Shown one piece after another: positions 1-8,391 of a stretch of DNA of 64,000 bases. A model generated the notes under the pieces. It saw only the letters and a list, made by a program, of their open reading frames with translations, did not search any database and had not been told where the DNA came from. The stretch's first letter is position 1. Each line of letters starts with the position of its first letter. The translations under genes were made by a program, and so were the position numbers. The stretch covers positions 62,001-126,000 of the IMG/VR virus record IMGVR_UViG_3300026078_000017, one strand, 5' to 3'.

Positions 1-707
1 ATGCGATCTTCGAACGGACCACCAGCCTCGGGTGCGTCGAAAATCATGTACTTGACATTTTGCCACTCACTATCCGTGGGAACGAGCTTTCGAACAGCCG
101 AAACTGTTTCCTGGAAACGCTTACGACCAATGAAAAGCTCTCCATCCAGAACAATCTGAGGAAGTTCTGCCTTGAACCAATCCGGAGCATGATATTCATT
201 TCCAAGGCGCGAAATAAACTTCTCACCATCCCACCAAGCACGAACACCATCCAGCTTTTCTGACATCCACATTCCGGTGGGATCTTCATTTTCCCACTTG
301 TGAGCCAGGAGACACGGAGGAGCGGTATCCTTAACCACAGCCCCACCAACTGCCGTGGAAATTTTCCCGGTCTTTGTAAGCTTTGGTCCTACAGGGGTAC
401 TTCCAACCACCACAGCAGGTCCTGTGCCAGTCAGGGCGGCATTGATAGCCGCAGTCATGGGTGCAGCCAAACCCTTGGCAGGAAGGCTCACAGAGCCATT
501 AAAAATCGCCTGAGCCTGAGGGAGAAGGCAAGCAGGGTCAATGTTGGCCTTGATGTGCTTACACACCCGGACGTCAATAGGACCACCCAGGTTTCGCCAG
601 GCAGGACAGGAACAGTCCACAACTCCACCAGTCTTCTTGACGATGTAGGGCTTTTTCCCCGAACCCTGGATTTCTACCTTGTCGCCCTCATTCAAAAATG
701 TGCTCAT
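1..707 (-). CDS. ATP-dependent DNA ligase with N-terminal SWIM zinc finger (3' end runs off the window)
   Basis: Not in the ORF track; translated by hand from ATG at 707: MSTFLNEGDKVEIQGSGKKPYIVKKTGGVVDCSCPAWRNLGGPIDVRVCKHI... then CLLAHKW...WMSEKLDGVRAWWDGEKFISRLGN...LDGELFIGRKRF...KYMIFDAP. KxDGxR, DGEL and FD ligase motifs are present. ATGA overlap with the stop of 704..904. Confidence 0.9.
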   Translation of the reverse strand, partial: MSTFLNEGDKVEIQGSGKKPYIVKKTGGVVDCSCPAWRNLGGPIDVRVCKHIKANIDPACLLPQAQAIFNGSVSLPAKGLAAPMTAAINAALTGTGPAVVVGSTPVGPKLTKTGKISTAVGGAVVKDTAPPCLLAHKWENEDPTGMWMSEKLDGVRAWWDGEKFISRLGNEYHAPDWFKAELPQIVLDGELFIGRKRFQETVSAVRKLVPTDSEWQNVKYMIFDAPEAGGPFEDR

Positions 708-904
708 GACTCTTCTTCCTCAGATTCAGGAACAATAGCATCCTCAACCTTGACTGTCAAACCCTCTACATTTCCAGAGAAATCTGAGATGGTTCGGGTG
801 AATTCATCAATGATTTCCTCGATTTCTTGATCTGCCTGAGGATTATCGGTCATAATGCAGATATTAATACGTCGAACCTTTCGGATTAAGTCACTATTAG
901 TCAT
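704..904 (-). CDS. small acidic hypothetical protein
   Basis: 66-aa ORF downstream of a sigma70-like promoter; its stop overlaps the ligase start (ATGA). Confidence 0.6.
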   Translation of the reverse strand: MTNSDLIRKVRRINICIMTDNPQADQEIEEIIDEFTRTISDFSGNVEGLTVKVEDAIVPESEEEES

Positions 905-910
905 GCCTGG

Positions 911-938
911 AGTGTATCACCAATCATTTTGCTGTCAA
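911..938 (-). promoter_or_regulatory. sigma70-type promoter, TTGACA-N16-TACACT with extended -10 (TGn)
   Basis: Minus strand reads TTGACAgcaaaatgattggTGATACACT; the same layout occurs at 55827-55854. Confidence 0.65.
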
Positions 939-985
939 GCGTCTTCTGACAGTTAATTGACACGCCATCAATATATTTAAATGGC

Positions 986-1450
986 ATGAGAAACACTATT
1001 GACACCAGAGGCTTTATTGAGGAACGGGATGACACAACCGATTCCTTAACCATTAACTCGGGCAATATTACTGTTATTGGTAATTTGACGATTTCTGGTT
1101 CGTCTTCTGTATCTTCTGCCTCTCTTGGAACTCAGTTGAATCCTACATGGATTCCTGATCCAGGCGCAAACAGAGATGCCAACACCACAGCTCTAGTTCT
1201 CTATAATGCTGGCGAAGGTATTAGCGTTTGGAGTCCAACGGCTCTTAGAACTATCGACGTTGTCAGCGCTCCTTCCTCAATGGCATTTACCGTTGTGAAG
1301 ATCAACACTGCCGCAACAGGTATACAGGTTTCGGGTTCTGGCTGGACGGGCAATGGAACTCTTTACAACAGCGACCAGGCAAACTCTGGCTCTTGGCTTG
1401 TAAGACTCGACAAACCAAACAAAATTATCATCACAACTCCTGGAGCTTAA
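986..1450 (+). CDS. hypothetical beta-rich protein, possibly virion-associated
   Basis: 154-aa Ser/Thr/Gly-rich ORF; TATTTA 6 nt upstream; first gene of a plus-strand three-gene cassette. Confidence 0.7.
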   Translation: MRNTIDTRGFIEERDDTTDSLTINSGNITVIGNLTISGSSSVSSASLGTQLNPTWIPDPGANRDANTTALVLYNAGEGISVWSPTALRTIDVVSAPSSMAFTVVKINTAATGIQVSGSGWTGNGTLYNSDQANSGSWLVRLDKPNKIIITTPGA

Positions 1451-1453
1451 TCC

Positions 1454-2998
1454 ATGCCATTTCGAGCTGGACATAGTGCTGGCAGAAAGTCAGTAACACC
1501 ACCATCAGCTCCTGTTATTGCTGGGTCTGTAACTATTGGTAGTAATTTAACTTGGTCCGCTGTTCCTACTGCAACAAGTTACACTCTTTTTCGTAATGGT
1601 GTAAGTGCAACAACAGTAACAAGTCCATATACCTGTGTTGAAGCTGACTGTAGTGGCAATCCAATCACTATTAAAGCAAATAATTCTGGTGGTTCCAGTC
1701 CATCAAGTAATGCATTATCATATTCTCCATCAGGACTTACAAATCTTCGTTCTTGGTTGCGTACTGACTCCATGACGGTTTCTGGAACTAATGTAACTGC
1801 ATGGCTTGATCAAAGTGGTCATGGCAATGATCTTTCAACGCTAGCTACCAGCCCAACCCGCGTCTCCAATTATAATGGAGTAGCAGGAATTTTTGCAATA
1901 CGTGGTGATGGTGCTGCGGCTGGTCTTCGTAAAACTACTTTCGACTGGGGTGCCGCAGTTGACCAGTATACGATTATGTCAATTGGCACCGTAAACTCCT
2001 TGACTGCTGATGCTCTATATTGGCAATATAATGGTGGTGGTTCACAGATTCCATACCTTTATGCCCTAAATGCCTCTAGTGGTTCTGCCAAAATGTTTGG
2101 TCCAGGAAACGTTACTACAACTGGTGTTGAATCTGGTCTTCAACCACAGGTTGTTGTTGCTTCTTGGGATGGAAGTACACAAAAAATTTATGACTCTGCT
2201 CGTCTTGGTAATACATCATCCAACGCAAACGCAGGACCTCCAAACAGTGCTTCGTTCACTGCACTTGGCTCAGCAGTAAACACACTATTCCTCAATGCAG
2301 ATCTTGTTGAAATGGTTGCTATGCGAAAAGCAATCACGCAAAATGAATTGCGTTCATTTTCTTACTATGCACGTTGGAGATATAATATTGCCACGCGTGT
2401 TATTTTTTGCGGCGATTCAATTGTTTATGGTTATGGTCCGCCATATATTGGTGGTTATCGTCCAGAAGTACTTACAGCTTGTACGAATGCTGGCATTAAT
2501 ACACAACAAGTTGGTTCAGTCAATGGTCCAAATGGATTTCATCGAGGTATTGCTGGAGAACAATTGGCAGATGTTGCAGCCAACTTATCAACACTTGACA
2601 ACATTTTAACTACTAATAGTCCATCTCGTCTTGCAGACATTGTTTGTGGAGCTTGGGGTACAAACGATGCATTGGTAAACAGTGGTTCTGATGTAAGTGC
2701 AACCATGTTGACAAATGCTGGTCTTATTATGGATCAGATGAAAATCTCTTTGCCAAATGCCAAGTATCTTTGGCAAACATGTACTCGTCCAACTGATCCT
2801 TCTTTTTCAGGATTGTGGGCATCTATAGATGGCTATAATGCAGGTTTGCCTGCATTGTGTGCAGCTAAAGGCTTCACACTTATTCAAATTCCAAATACCG
2901 TGACTTTCCTTTCGGTAAGTGTCCACCCTGATGTTGCTGGTTATACAACCATGTCTGTTCCTATTGCAGCCGCTGTTATTACAGCTTCAAGAAATTAA
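1454..2998 (+). CDS. multidomain protein: Fn3/Ig-like + LamG-like + C-terminal SGNH/GDSL esterase
   Basis: SWLRTD...WLDQSGHGN (LamG-like start); VIFCGDSIVYG (block I Ser), GIAG, WGTND (block III), VHPDVAGY (block V His). Confidence 0.8.
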   Translation: MPFRAGHSAGRKSVTPPSAPVIAGSVTIGSNLTWSAVPTATSYTLFRNGVSATTVTSPYTCVEADCSGNPITIKANNSGGSSPSSNALSYSPSGLTNLRSWLRTDSMTVSGTNVTAWLDQSGHGNDLSTLATSPTRVSNYNGVAGIFAIRGDGAAAGLRKTTFDWGAAVDQYTIMSIGTVNSLTADALYWQYNGGGSQIPYLYALNASSGSAKMFGPGNVTTTGVESGLQPQVVVASWDGSTQKIYDSARLGNTSSNANAGPPNSASFTALGSAVNTLFLNADLVEMVAMRKAITQNELRSFSYYARWRYNIATRVIFCGDSIVYGYGPPYIGGYRPEVLTACTNAGINTQQVGSVNGPNGFHRGIAGEQLADVAANLSTLDNILTTNSPSRLADIVCGAWGTNDALVNSGSDVSATMLTNAGLIMDQMKISLPNAKYLWQTCTRPTDPSFSGLWASIDGYNAGLPALCAAKGFTLIQIPNTVTFLSVSVHPDVAGYTTMSVPIAAAVITASRN

Positions 2999-3011
2999 GA
3001 AAGAATTTCAA

Positions 3012-4709
3012 ATGCCTTTTAGAGCAAGTCATAGCGCTGGTAGAGCTTCACTCATAACAACTTTAACCAATTTCGTTTCCACACGTTCTGGTATTTTGCT
3101 TGACTCCCAATTTGGTACTGTTTTTGAAACTGGTCAAAGATGTACTTCCTGGACACCTCGTACAGGTGGTTCTGCTTTCACGGCTGCATCCGCAAGTACA
3201 GCTCGTCCAACACTAACCAATGGAAACATGGTTTTTGATGGCGTTGCCAATGTCATGAAGGGAAGCACCGGTTTCTTTGCTGGTACTCTTGGTTGGACTT
3301 GTGTTGTCGTTGGTAAAGCCACAGGTGGTGGCACAGAAAGCTACCTCGTTAATGCTGGTGATGCTAGCAACTATCTAGGCATTTATTGTAGAAACACACC
3401 AGTTTTTGGTGGTGTCATCGTTGGTGCTGGACCAAAGGTAAACGAATACCAAAGTTACAAGGATAGTTCTGGTTGGGGTATTTATGCTGGTCGTGCCACA
3501 TACGCAAATGGCATAAATGCTGTCGCCCCACAAACACTAAATGGTACAACTTTGTTTGGTACTCTTCTTGGTGGCAGTCAAAGCGTGGCAACTGTCACGA
3601 TTCCTTCGACACCAGTTGCTCTTGGAGGCGTGAATGCCAGTGCTGGTACTTTTGCTGCAATGACAGCTCGCTTTATTGTGATGTTTCAAACAGCACTTAG
3701 CGATGCAGACTTAACCACTTTGACAACCTTGTTGATGCAGGTTTCTACTTCAAGAAAATACCAAATCAAAAACGCACCTTATACAGACACCGTTGTTCCA
3801 AATGCTACAAATCCAAACTATGACGTTGTCTCCGAGTTCGCACGTCTTATCTGTTCTACAGACGCAGATGAAATCCAACTTCTGACAACTGCCGTTACTT
3901 CTACGCCTCAATATACCATCGGCTGGAGATTGAATGGCGGTGCAAGAACTGTTGTAGACGTAGGTACGATTGCTTATCCTTTGTTGTCTCTTGGTTCGCC
4001 AGGTACAACAAAAACTGTTGAAATAGAAGTTGGTCCGCAGTCTTTCAACATCACACAACCAAACGCAGGCAACTATCCTACAGAAGCCTGGGTGCCTCCA
4101 GGAAGAAGTCTTTCCTTCGTTCCACAGTCAGCACCAACCCGTAGACTTGTGGCTGTAGGCGACTCTATCTTCACTGGACAGGCTGCTACTCAATATCAAG
4201 CAAGTGGTTGTGCCATTCTTACCAGAAACACCTACCCAGGTCAGGTCACTTACCTAAGTGCTGGTGTTTATTCCTTGTTTGAACTTTCAACACAAAAATA
4301 TGCCAATGTAACAACTCTTGCAAATGCAATAAATGCCCTTGCTGATGGAACTGGAACAAACGAACTTTTGTTGCAGGTTTCTACGAATGATTTCGGCTTA
4401 AGTCAATGGTCAAGCGTTGCCAACTTCCAGACTGCTTATCAAAATCTCCTTACCTTGGTTGGCCCAAGTTTCTCAAAAGTCTGGATTCAAACCGCGGGTC
4501 AACGTACAGACATCCCATCCAACTCCTTTGGACAACTGATTTCTCAGTATAGAACTGCCGTGTCAGGTGCTGCTGTCGCAACAGGCATTGGAACTGTTAT
4601 TGACGGAACAACCTTGTACACACTTACAGGAAGTTCTGACAACTTGCATCCAGCCGCATCTGAACAAATCAACTACGCTGCTAACCTCAAAACAGCCATG
4701 GGTTTCTGA
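3012..4709 (+). CDS. LamG-like + C-terminal SGNH/GDSL esterase protein
   Basis: Start re-assigned from 2919 to ATG 3012 (MPFRASHSAGRAS, matching the previous gene's N-terminus). VAVGDSIFTG, STNDF and DNLHP motifs. Confidence 0.8.
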   Translation: MPFRASHSAGRASLITTLTNFVSTRSGILLDSQFGTVFETGQRCTSWTPRTGGSAFTAASASTARPTLTNGNMVFDGVANVMKGSTGFFAGTLGWTCVVVGKATGGGTESYLVNAGDASNYLGIYCRNTPVFGGVIVGAGPKVNEYQSYKDSSGWGIYAGRATYANGINAVAPQTLNGTTLFGTLLGGSQSVATVTIPSTPVALGGVNASAGTFAAMTARFIVMFQTALSDADLTTLTTLLMQVSTSRKYQIKNAPYTDTVVPNATNPNYDVVSEFARLICSTDADEIQLLTTAVTSTPQYTIGWRLNGGARTVVDVGTIAYPLLSLGSPGTTKTVEIEVGPQSFNITQPNAGNYPTEAWVPPGRSLSFVPQSAPTRRLVAVGDSIFTGQAATQYQASGCAILTRNTYPGQVTYLSAGVYSLFELSTQKYANVTTLANAINALADGTGTNELLLQVSTNDFGLSQWSSVANFQTAYQNLLTLVGPSFSKVWIQTAGQRTDIPSNSFGQLISQYRTAVSGAAVATGIGTVIDGTTLYTLTGSSDNLHPAASEQINYAANLKTAMGF

Positions 4710-4716
4710 AATGAAA

Positions 4717-4738
4717 ATGGCGACCTTTTGGTCGCCAT
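4717..4738. terminator. intrinsic terminator between convergent genes, probably bidirectional
   Basis: ATGGCGACC-tttt-GGTCGCCAT 9-bp stem, with CTTTT on the right and AAAA on the left. Confidence 0.75.
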
Positions 4739-4763
4739 CTTTATCATAAAACTGTGAACTAGG

Positions 4764-5057
4764 TCAATCGTCAACAGCAGCCGTTTGCTGCATCAACTTA
4801 CGTTGTGCTTCTGCTTCCTCATTGAGCTTCATTACCATCTCATTATATGCCGAAACATATTCTGGAGTTACGGTAAGACGATCGTGACGATCCGTTGTGG
4901 GCTCAAGCTGAATTGCACGAAGATGGTCCACAATGTTTGTTCCAGTCAACAGGGACAACTGGACAATCTCACGAATCATGGAGATTGCGTCATCGGACAT
5001 TTGGAAAATGGCACGATTACTTGGAGGCGTTGGGGTTTGATTTTCTTGATCTGACAT
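4764..5057 (-). CDS. hypothetical protein
   Basis: 97-aa ORF in the minus-strand gene string, ending just before the terminator. Confidence 0.7.
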   Translation of the reverse strand: MSDQENQTPTPPSNRAIFQMSDDAISMIREIVQLSLLTGTNIVDHLRAIQLEPTTDRHDRLTVTPEYVSAYNEMVMKLNEEAEAQRKLMQQTAAVDD

Positions 5058-5334
5058 TTCTCGGTTCCTTCTTTGGAAGATTGGTTAAAAGCATTTTAGC
5101 AAGTTTTTCTCTATCTGGATGACTTAAAATAATATCTTCATATTGAGTGTGTTTGCTTGCTGTGTTGCCAAAGACGTACTTGCAGGCAATCCACAGTCTT
5201 TCCCACCATGGCAAATATTGGTTTAACTTCAGTTCCACGTAAACTTCATTGTCCTCAGGGTCATATGTTACAAACATATGATGTGTGGGAGTATGACAGT
5301 TACAGTGGAATGTTTCGATTTGAGGTTCGTTCAT
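5017..5334 (-). CDS. hypothetical protein
   Basis: 105-aa ORF starting 1 nt after the upstream stop. Confidence 0.55.
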   Translation of the reverse strand: MNEPQIETFHCNCHTPTHHMFVTYDPEDNEVYVELKLNQYLPWWERLWIACKYVFGNTASKHTQYEDIILSHPDREKLAKMLLTNLPKKEPRNVRSRKSNPNASK

Positions 5335-5335
5335 C

Positions 5336-5992
5336 TTAGTGACAATATAGGGAATTCAACAGGTGAGTGTCTGAGTCTGTAAACCTAATAAGGTCAAGAG
5401 TGTCAGAACCCTGTGCTGGTTGCGTTGGATACATGATGCTTGACTCAAATGGGTCATGAGCAAGTCCAAGTGCATGACCAAACTCATGAACCAACACACG
5501 GGTTTTACTTGTTGGGTCAGTTACGTTCACCGTTTCAACAACGGCAAACATCCTGCCAGTTGCGCCTCTTACGTGGCGACAAGACCCACCAGCATCAACT
5601 TCAATGCCATTTGGAGCAACCTGTGCTGGTTGATCAAGGGCAACGTTAATGTCTGCCGTCAATCCAGCGCCTGGGTGGAGCCTGAGAACCTCACAACCAA
5701 TCTGGTGATTGACTATGCTGACTGCCTCAGAAACCTCAGAGGAGTCCGGTGGAGCGTCTACAATAAGCGGAATGCGTGCTCTATCCCACTGTAAGTTTGC
5801 AGGAGTTGTACACGGGGCAGTATAATCTGCCGTGCCATCAAGATTCCAGCAAACGCTTAACAAACCTGGCTCTGTGTGAGTCGTAACTCCAACAATCACG
5901 CCAACAATTGCTCCAACTGTCAATAGAGCAAACACCACGTACATTACGATATTTAGAATATTTTTTGTCTTTGTGTCCATATCTGACCTCAA
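5336..5992 (-). CDS. membrane-anchored matrixin-like (metzincin) Zn metalloprotease
   Basis: HEFGHALGLAH (HExxHxxGxxH), Met-turn SIMYP, N-terminal hydrophobic helix IVMYVVFALLTVGAIVGVIVGV. Confidence 0.85.
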   Translation of the reverse strand: MRSDMDTKTKNILNIVMYVVFALLTVGAIVGVIVGVTTHTEPGLLSVCWNLDGTADYTAPCTTPANLQWDRARIPLIVDAPPDSSEVSEAVSIVNHQIGCEVLRLHPGAGLTADINVALDQPAQVAPNGIEVDAGGSCRHVRGATGRMFAVVETVNVTDPTSKTRVLVHEFGHALGLAHDPFESSIMYPTQPAQGSDTLDLIRFTDSDTHLLNSLYCH

Positions 5993-6008
5993 TGGGCCAG
6001 TATGGACT

Positions 6009-7130
6009 TCAAAGAACGCTCTTGTTCAACGACTCAGAAATGATTTTCTCACACAAAAGGTTGAGACGTGCATGGTCTGGTTCCCTAGGAAGAACCGTGG
6101 AGGTTTTGTAAAGGGCGTTGAGTTCCTTTTCCTGGGTGTTGGACCAGTCAATCAGTTTCTCGTAAGACCAAATGCCATGGTTTTTGATAGCAAGAAGTTC
6201 CTCACGGTCATCTGTACGCTTAACCTTGACCTTACCTTCGGTCAAAATCTCCTTGCACATCTTCATCAGACGAACAAGGTGACTTCCATGCTTTGTGTCA
6301 TATCCGAACTTGCGTTCAAGTTCCGCACGCTTTGGGTTACGGGTCTTGAGCCAGTTCTGATACTGATCCCACTCGACCATTTTGGACTTGTAGGCACGTT
6401 CCTTCACAAGGTGGGTCAAAAGGTTGTCTTCAAACCCAAGAGACCGACCAGTTCGAAACCACACGTCATCAGACGTAAGTTGCATCTCCGAGAAGAAATC
6501 GGTGATACATGCCTGTAGGTTGATACGTTGACTTTCATCCAAGACAGACCAGTCGAAGTCAAAGGTTTCGACCTTCTTACGGATCTCAGCCTCAACCACG
6601 CCCATCTGGTCACGAGAAATGGCAGTGAACTCTGGAAGGTCAAACTCGGCACGAGTCGGAGGAGCCTTTGGAGGATTGGAAATCCAACGAAAGTGTGTCT
6701 CAATTCGCTTCAACTGAGCATGAGCATATCCAGAAAATGTGTGCTTTGCCTTCAAGGACAAAAACATATCCTTGTTGTCGAGCAACTGTTGTCCAGCATC
6801 CGTAACATGGATATAGACACTTGGGTCTACATGCAAGACCTCAATGATGTTTGGGTTGCAAGCAGCCGCTAGCTTGAAGAACTTACGAACCTCATAAACC
6901 ACAAGGTCATAAGGGTCTTTTCCTTCTGCCTGCTCAAATCCTGAGTTGTACCCAAGATACACTTCCTTTGGAGCAACACACACACCCTTGACATCAATGT
7001 CAGAGGTTTCCGTGTTCAATCCATAAGCATGAGACCCATGAAGACAAGCAAAAATGGTTCGATCCTTGAGCCACTTTACGTTGCCCGAGTACATCTTCTC
7101 AAAGGAAAGCTGGTCTTTAATGTCGGTCAT
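6009..7130 (-). CDS. predicted nucleotidyltransferase (Pol-beta superfamily, RlaP/Nuc-transf-like)
   Basis: HGSHAYGLNTETSDIDVKGV (GS...DxD), NPNIIE, GYAHAQLKR, GYDTKHGSHLVRL. Confidence 0.85.
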   Translation of the reverse strand: MTDIKDQLSFEKMYSGNVKWLKDRTIFACLHGSHAYGLNTETSDIDVKGVCVAPKEVYLGYNSGFEQAEGKDPYDLVVYEVRKFFKLAAACNPNIIEVLHVDPSVYIHVTDAGQQLLDNKDMFLSLKAKHTFSGYAHAQLKRIETHFRWISNPPKAPPTRAEFDLPEFTAISRDQMGVVEAEIRKKVETFDFDWSVLDESQRINLQACITDFFSEMQLTSDDVWFRTGRSLGFEDNLLTHLVKERAYKSKMVEWDQYQNWLKTRNPKRAELERKFGYDTKHGSHLVRLMKMCKEILTEGKVKVKRTDDREELLAIKNHGIWSYEKLIDWSNTQEKELNALYKTSTVLPREPDHARLNLLCEKIISESLNKSVL

Positions 7131-7528
7131 CTTGGCATTCTACCAGCATTTGGAACTGGTGCAACCAGATAGTGAACTCCTAGTTCCTTTCCTCGGGTAT
7201 TTTTTATCGTGTCATATTCGTGAATAATAAATTGGTGTGTCAAAAGTTCCACACCTTTTTGATAATCACGATAAGACTGTCGAAAATCAATGACATTTGG
7301 AGCTTCTACTTGATCAACATACAAACTAATGTATTCCAAGTAAATGTCTGGTGAAATTCCATAGTAATACTGTAGGTCAACTAGAGTCTCTGGCGTTACT
7401 GGAAACTTGCCATTAAAAAATGCCATGATGCCCACTAAATTGTCAATCACATATGGAAATCGTTTTGTGTCAATGAGGCCAAGTTTTTTGATTGACTTCA
7501 AGGCTTTTTCGTATTGGTTTAGGGTCAT
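7127..7528 (-). CDS. hypothetical protein (paralog of 7525..7974)
   Basis: 133-aa ORF with ATGA overlaps on both sides; FFNGKF motif. Confidence 0.65.
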   Translation of the reverse strand: MTLNQYEKALKSIKKLGLIDTKRFPYVIDNLVGIMAFFNGKFPVTPETLVDLQYYYGISPDIYLEYISLYVDQVEAPNVIDFRQSYRDYQKGVELLTHQFIIHEYDTIKNTRGKELGVHYLVAPVPNAGRMPR

Positions 7529-7974
7529 ATTGTTCTGTCAATGGGGCTTGACACATACCAAGTTTCCAAGTGATGAAATGGCTCTTCTTCTCCAGCGGTC
7601 CAGTGAAAGTGTTCTTCAAGAGTCAACTTGTGGAGCAAAAATGTTCCATCATTTTCTATAACGCAATGATCAAGGACTATTTGAGAATCTATGTCTACGT
7701 TTTTGACATATTTTGAAACCTTGTCTAATATGTCAACTGGCATTATGTTGTAATCAAAATAGAAGTCTCCAAACATAACAACCGACGCTGAGAACTTGCC
7801 ATTAAAAAAGTCCAGATAATTGTGATGGATCATTAGAGAATCATCATCGCTACCAAAATAAAGATAGTCCCCAAACATTTTTGGGTTGGCTAAAAGGAGA
7901 TCTTTTTTTTTAATGAGGTGTCTCGTGGGTCTTGCTGCTTTGTGCTTCTGGCAGATCGATGATTTCCATCCCAT
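7525..7974 (-). CDS. hypothetical protein (paralog of 7127..7528)
   Basis: 149-aa ORF; FFNGKF motif; AT-rich. Confidence 0.65.
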   Translation of the reverse strand: MGWKSSICQKHKAARPTRHLIKKKDLLLANPKMFGDYLYFGSDDDSLMIHHNYLDFFNGKFSASVVMFGDFYFDYNIMPVDILDKVSKYVKNVDIDSQIVLDHCVIENDGTFLLHKLTLEEHFHWTAGEEEPFHHLETWYVSSPIDRTI

Positions 7975-7993
7975 TTGTTTGACAATCTCATTA

Positions 7994-8353
7994 TCATTTT
8001 ATGTTTGGATTATCGTTTTGGGTTTGTAGAACAGCGTTAAGAGCCTTTATGTCTTCTTGTGGTTGTTCGTCCTTTAGGACTCCTAGTAAGGCATATCCGG
8101 CAATGTCCCTGTAAGGACTTTCACCAAAAGCATCCTTCTTGGTTGCGATTCTCTTTAGTTTGTCGAACATGCGGACAATGCAAAGTGCATCCGTGTAAGA
8201 GTCTACTGGAATGCCGTTTGGATATAGGATTTTCAGGAAGTCACCAACTTGCCCGAAACTATTTCCATATGCTGCGTTCTTTTCGTCTACCAATGCACCA
8301 ATCTGCTTGCCCAAGTCTTCGTATTTGTTTCCCATAGACACATCGTAACTCAT
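7994..8353 (-). CDS. nucleotide modification-associated domain (DUF1599/Nmad1-like) protein
   Basis: LVDEKNAAYGNSF...RMFDKLKRI...DIAGYALL pattern; start uncertain (8359, 8353 or 8335). Confidence 0.6.
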   Translation of the reverse strand: MSYDVSMGNKYEDLGKQIGALVDEKNAAYGNSFGQVGDFLKILYPNGIPVDSYTDALCIVRMFDKLKRIATKKDAFGESPYRDIAGYALLGVLKDEQPQEDIKALNAVLQTQNDNPNIK

Positions 8354-8391
8354 AGACACTTTGTTTTCTACGACAAACGCTACTTACATAA

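Noticed and set aside
44-830. Track ORFs 44..349, 60..263 and 300..830
   Set aside because: Alternative frames over the real ligase gene (707 to beyond the window start).
2919-3011. N-terminal 31 aa of track ORF 2919..4709
   Set aside because: Overlaps the previous gene; ATG 3012 matches the paralog's N-terminus.
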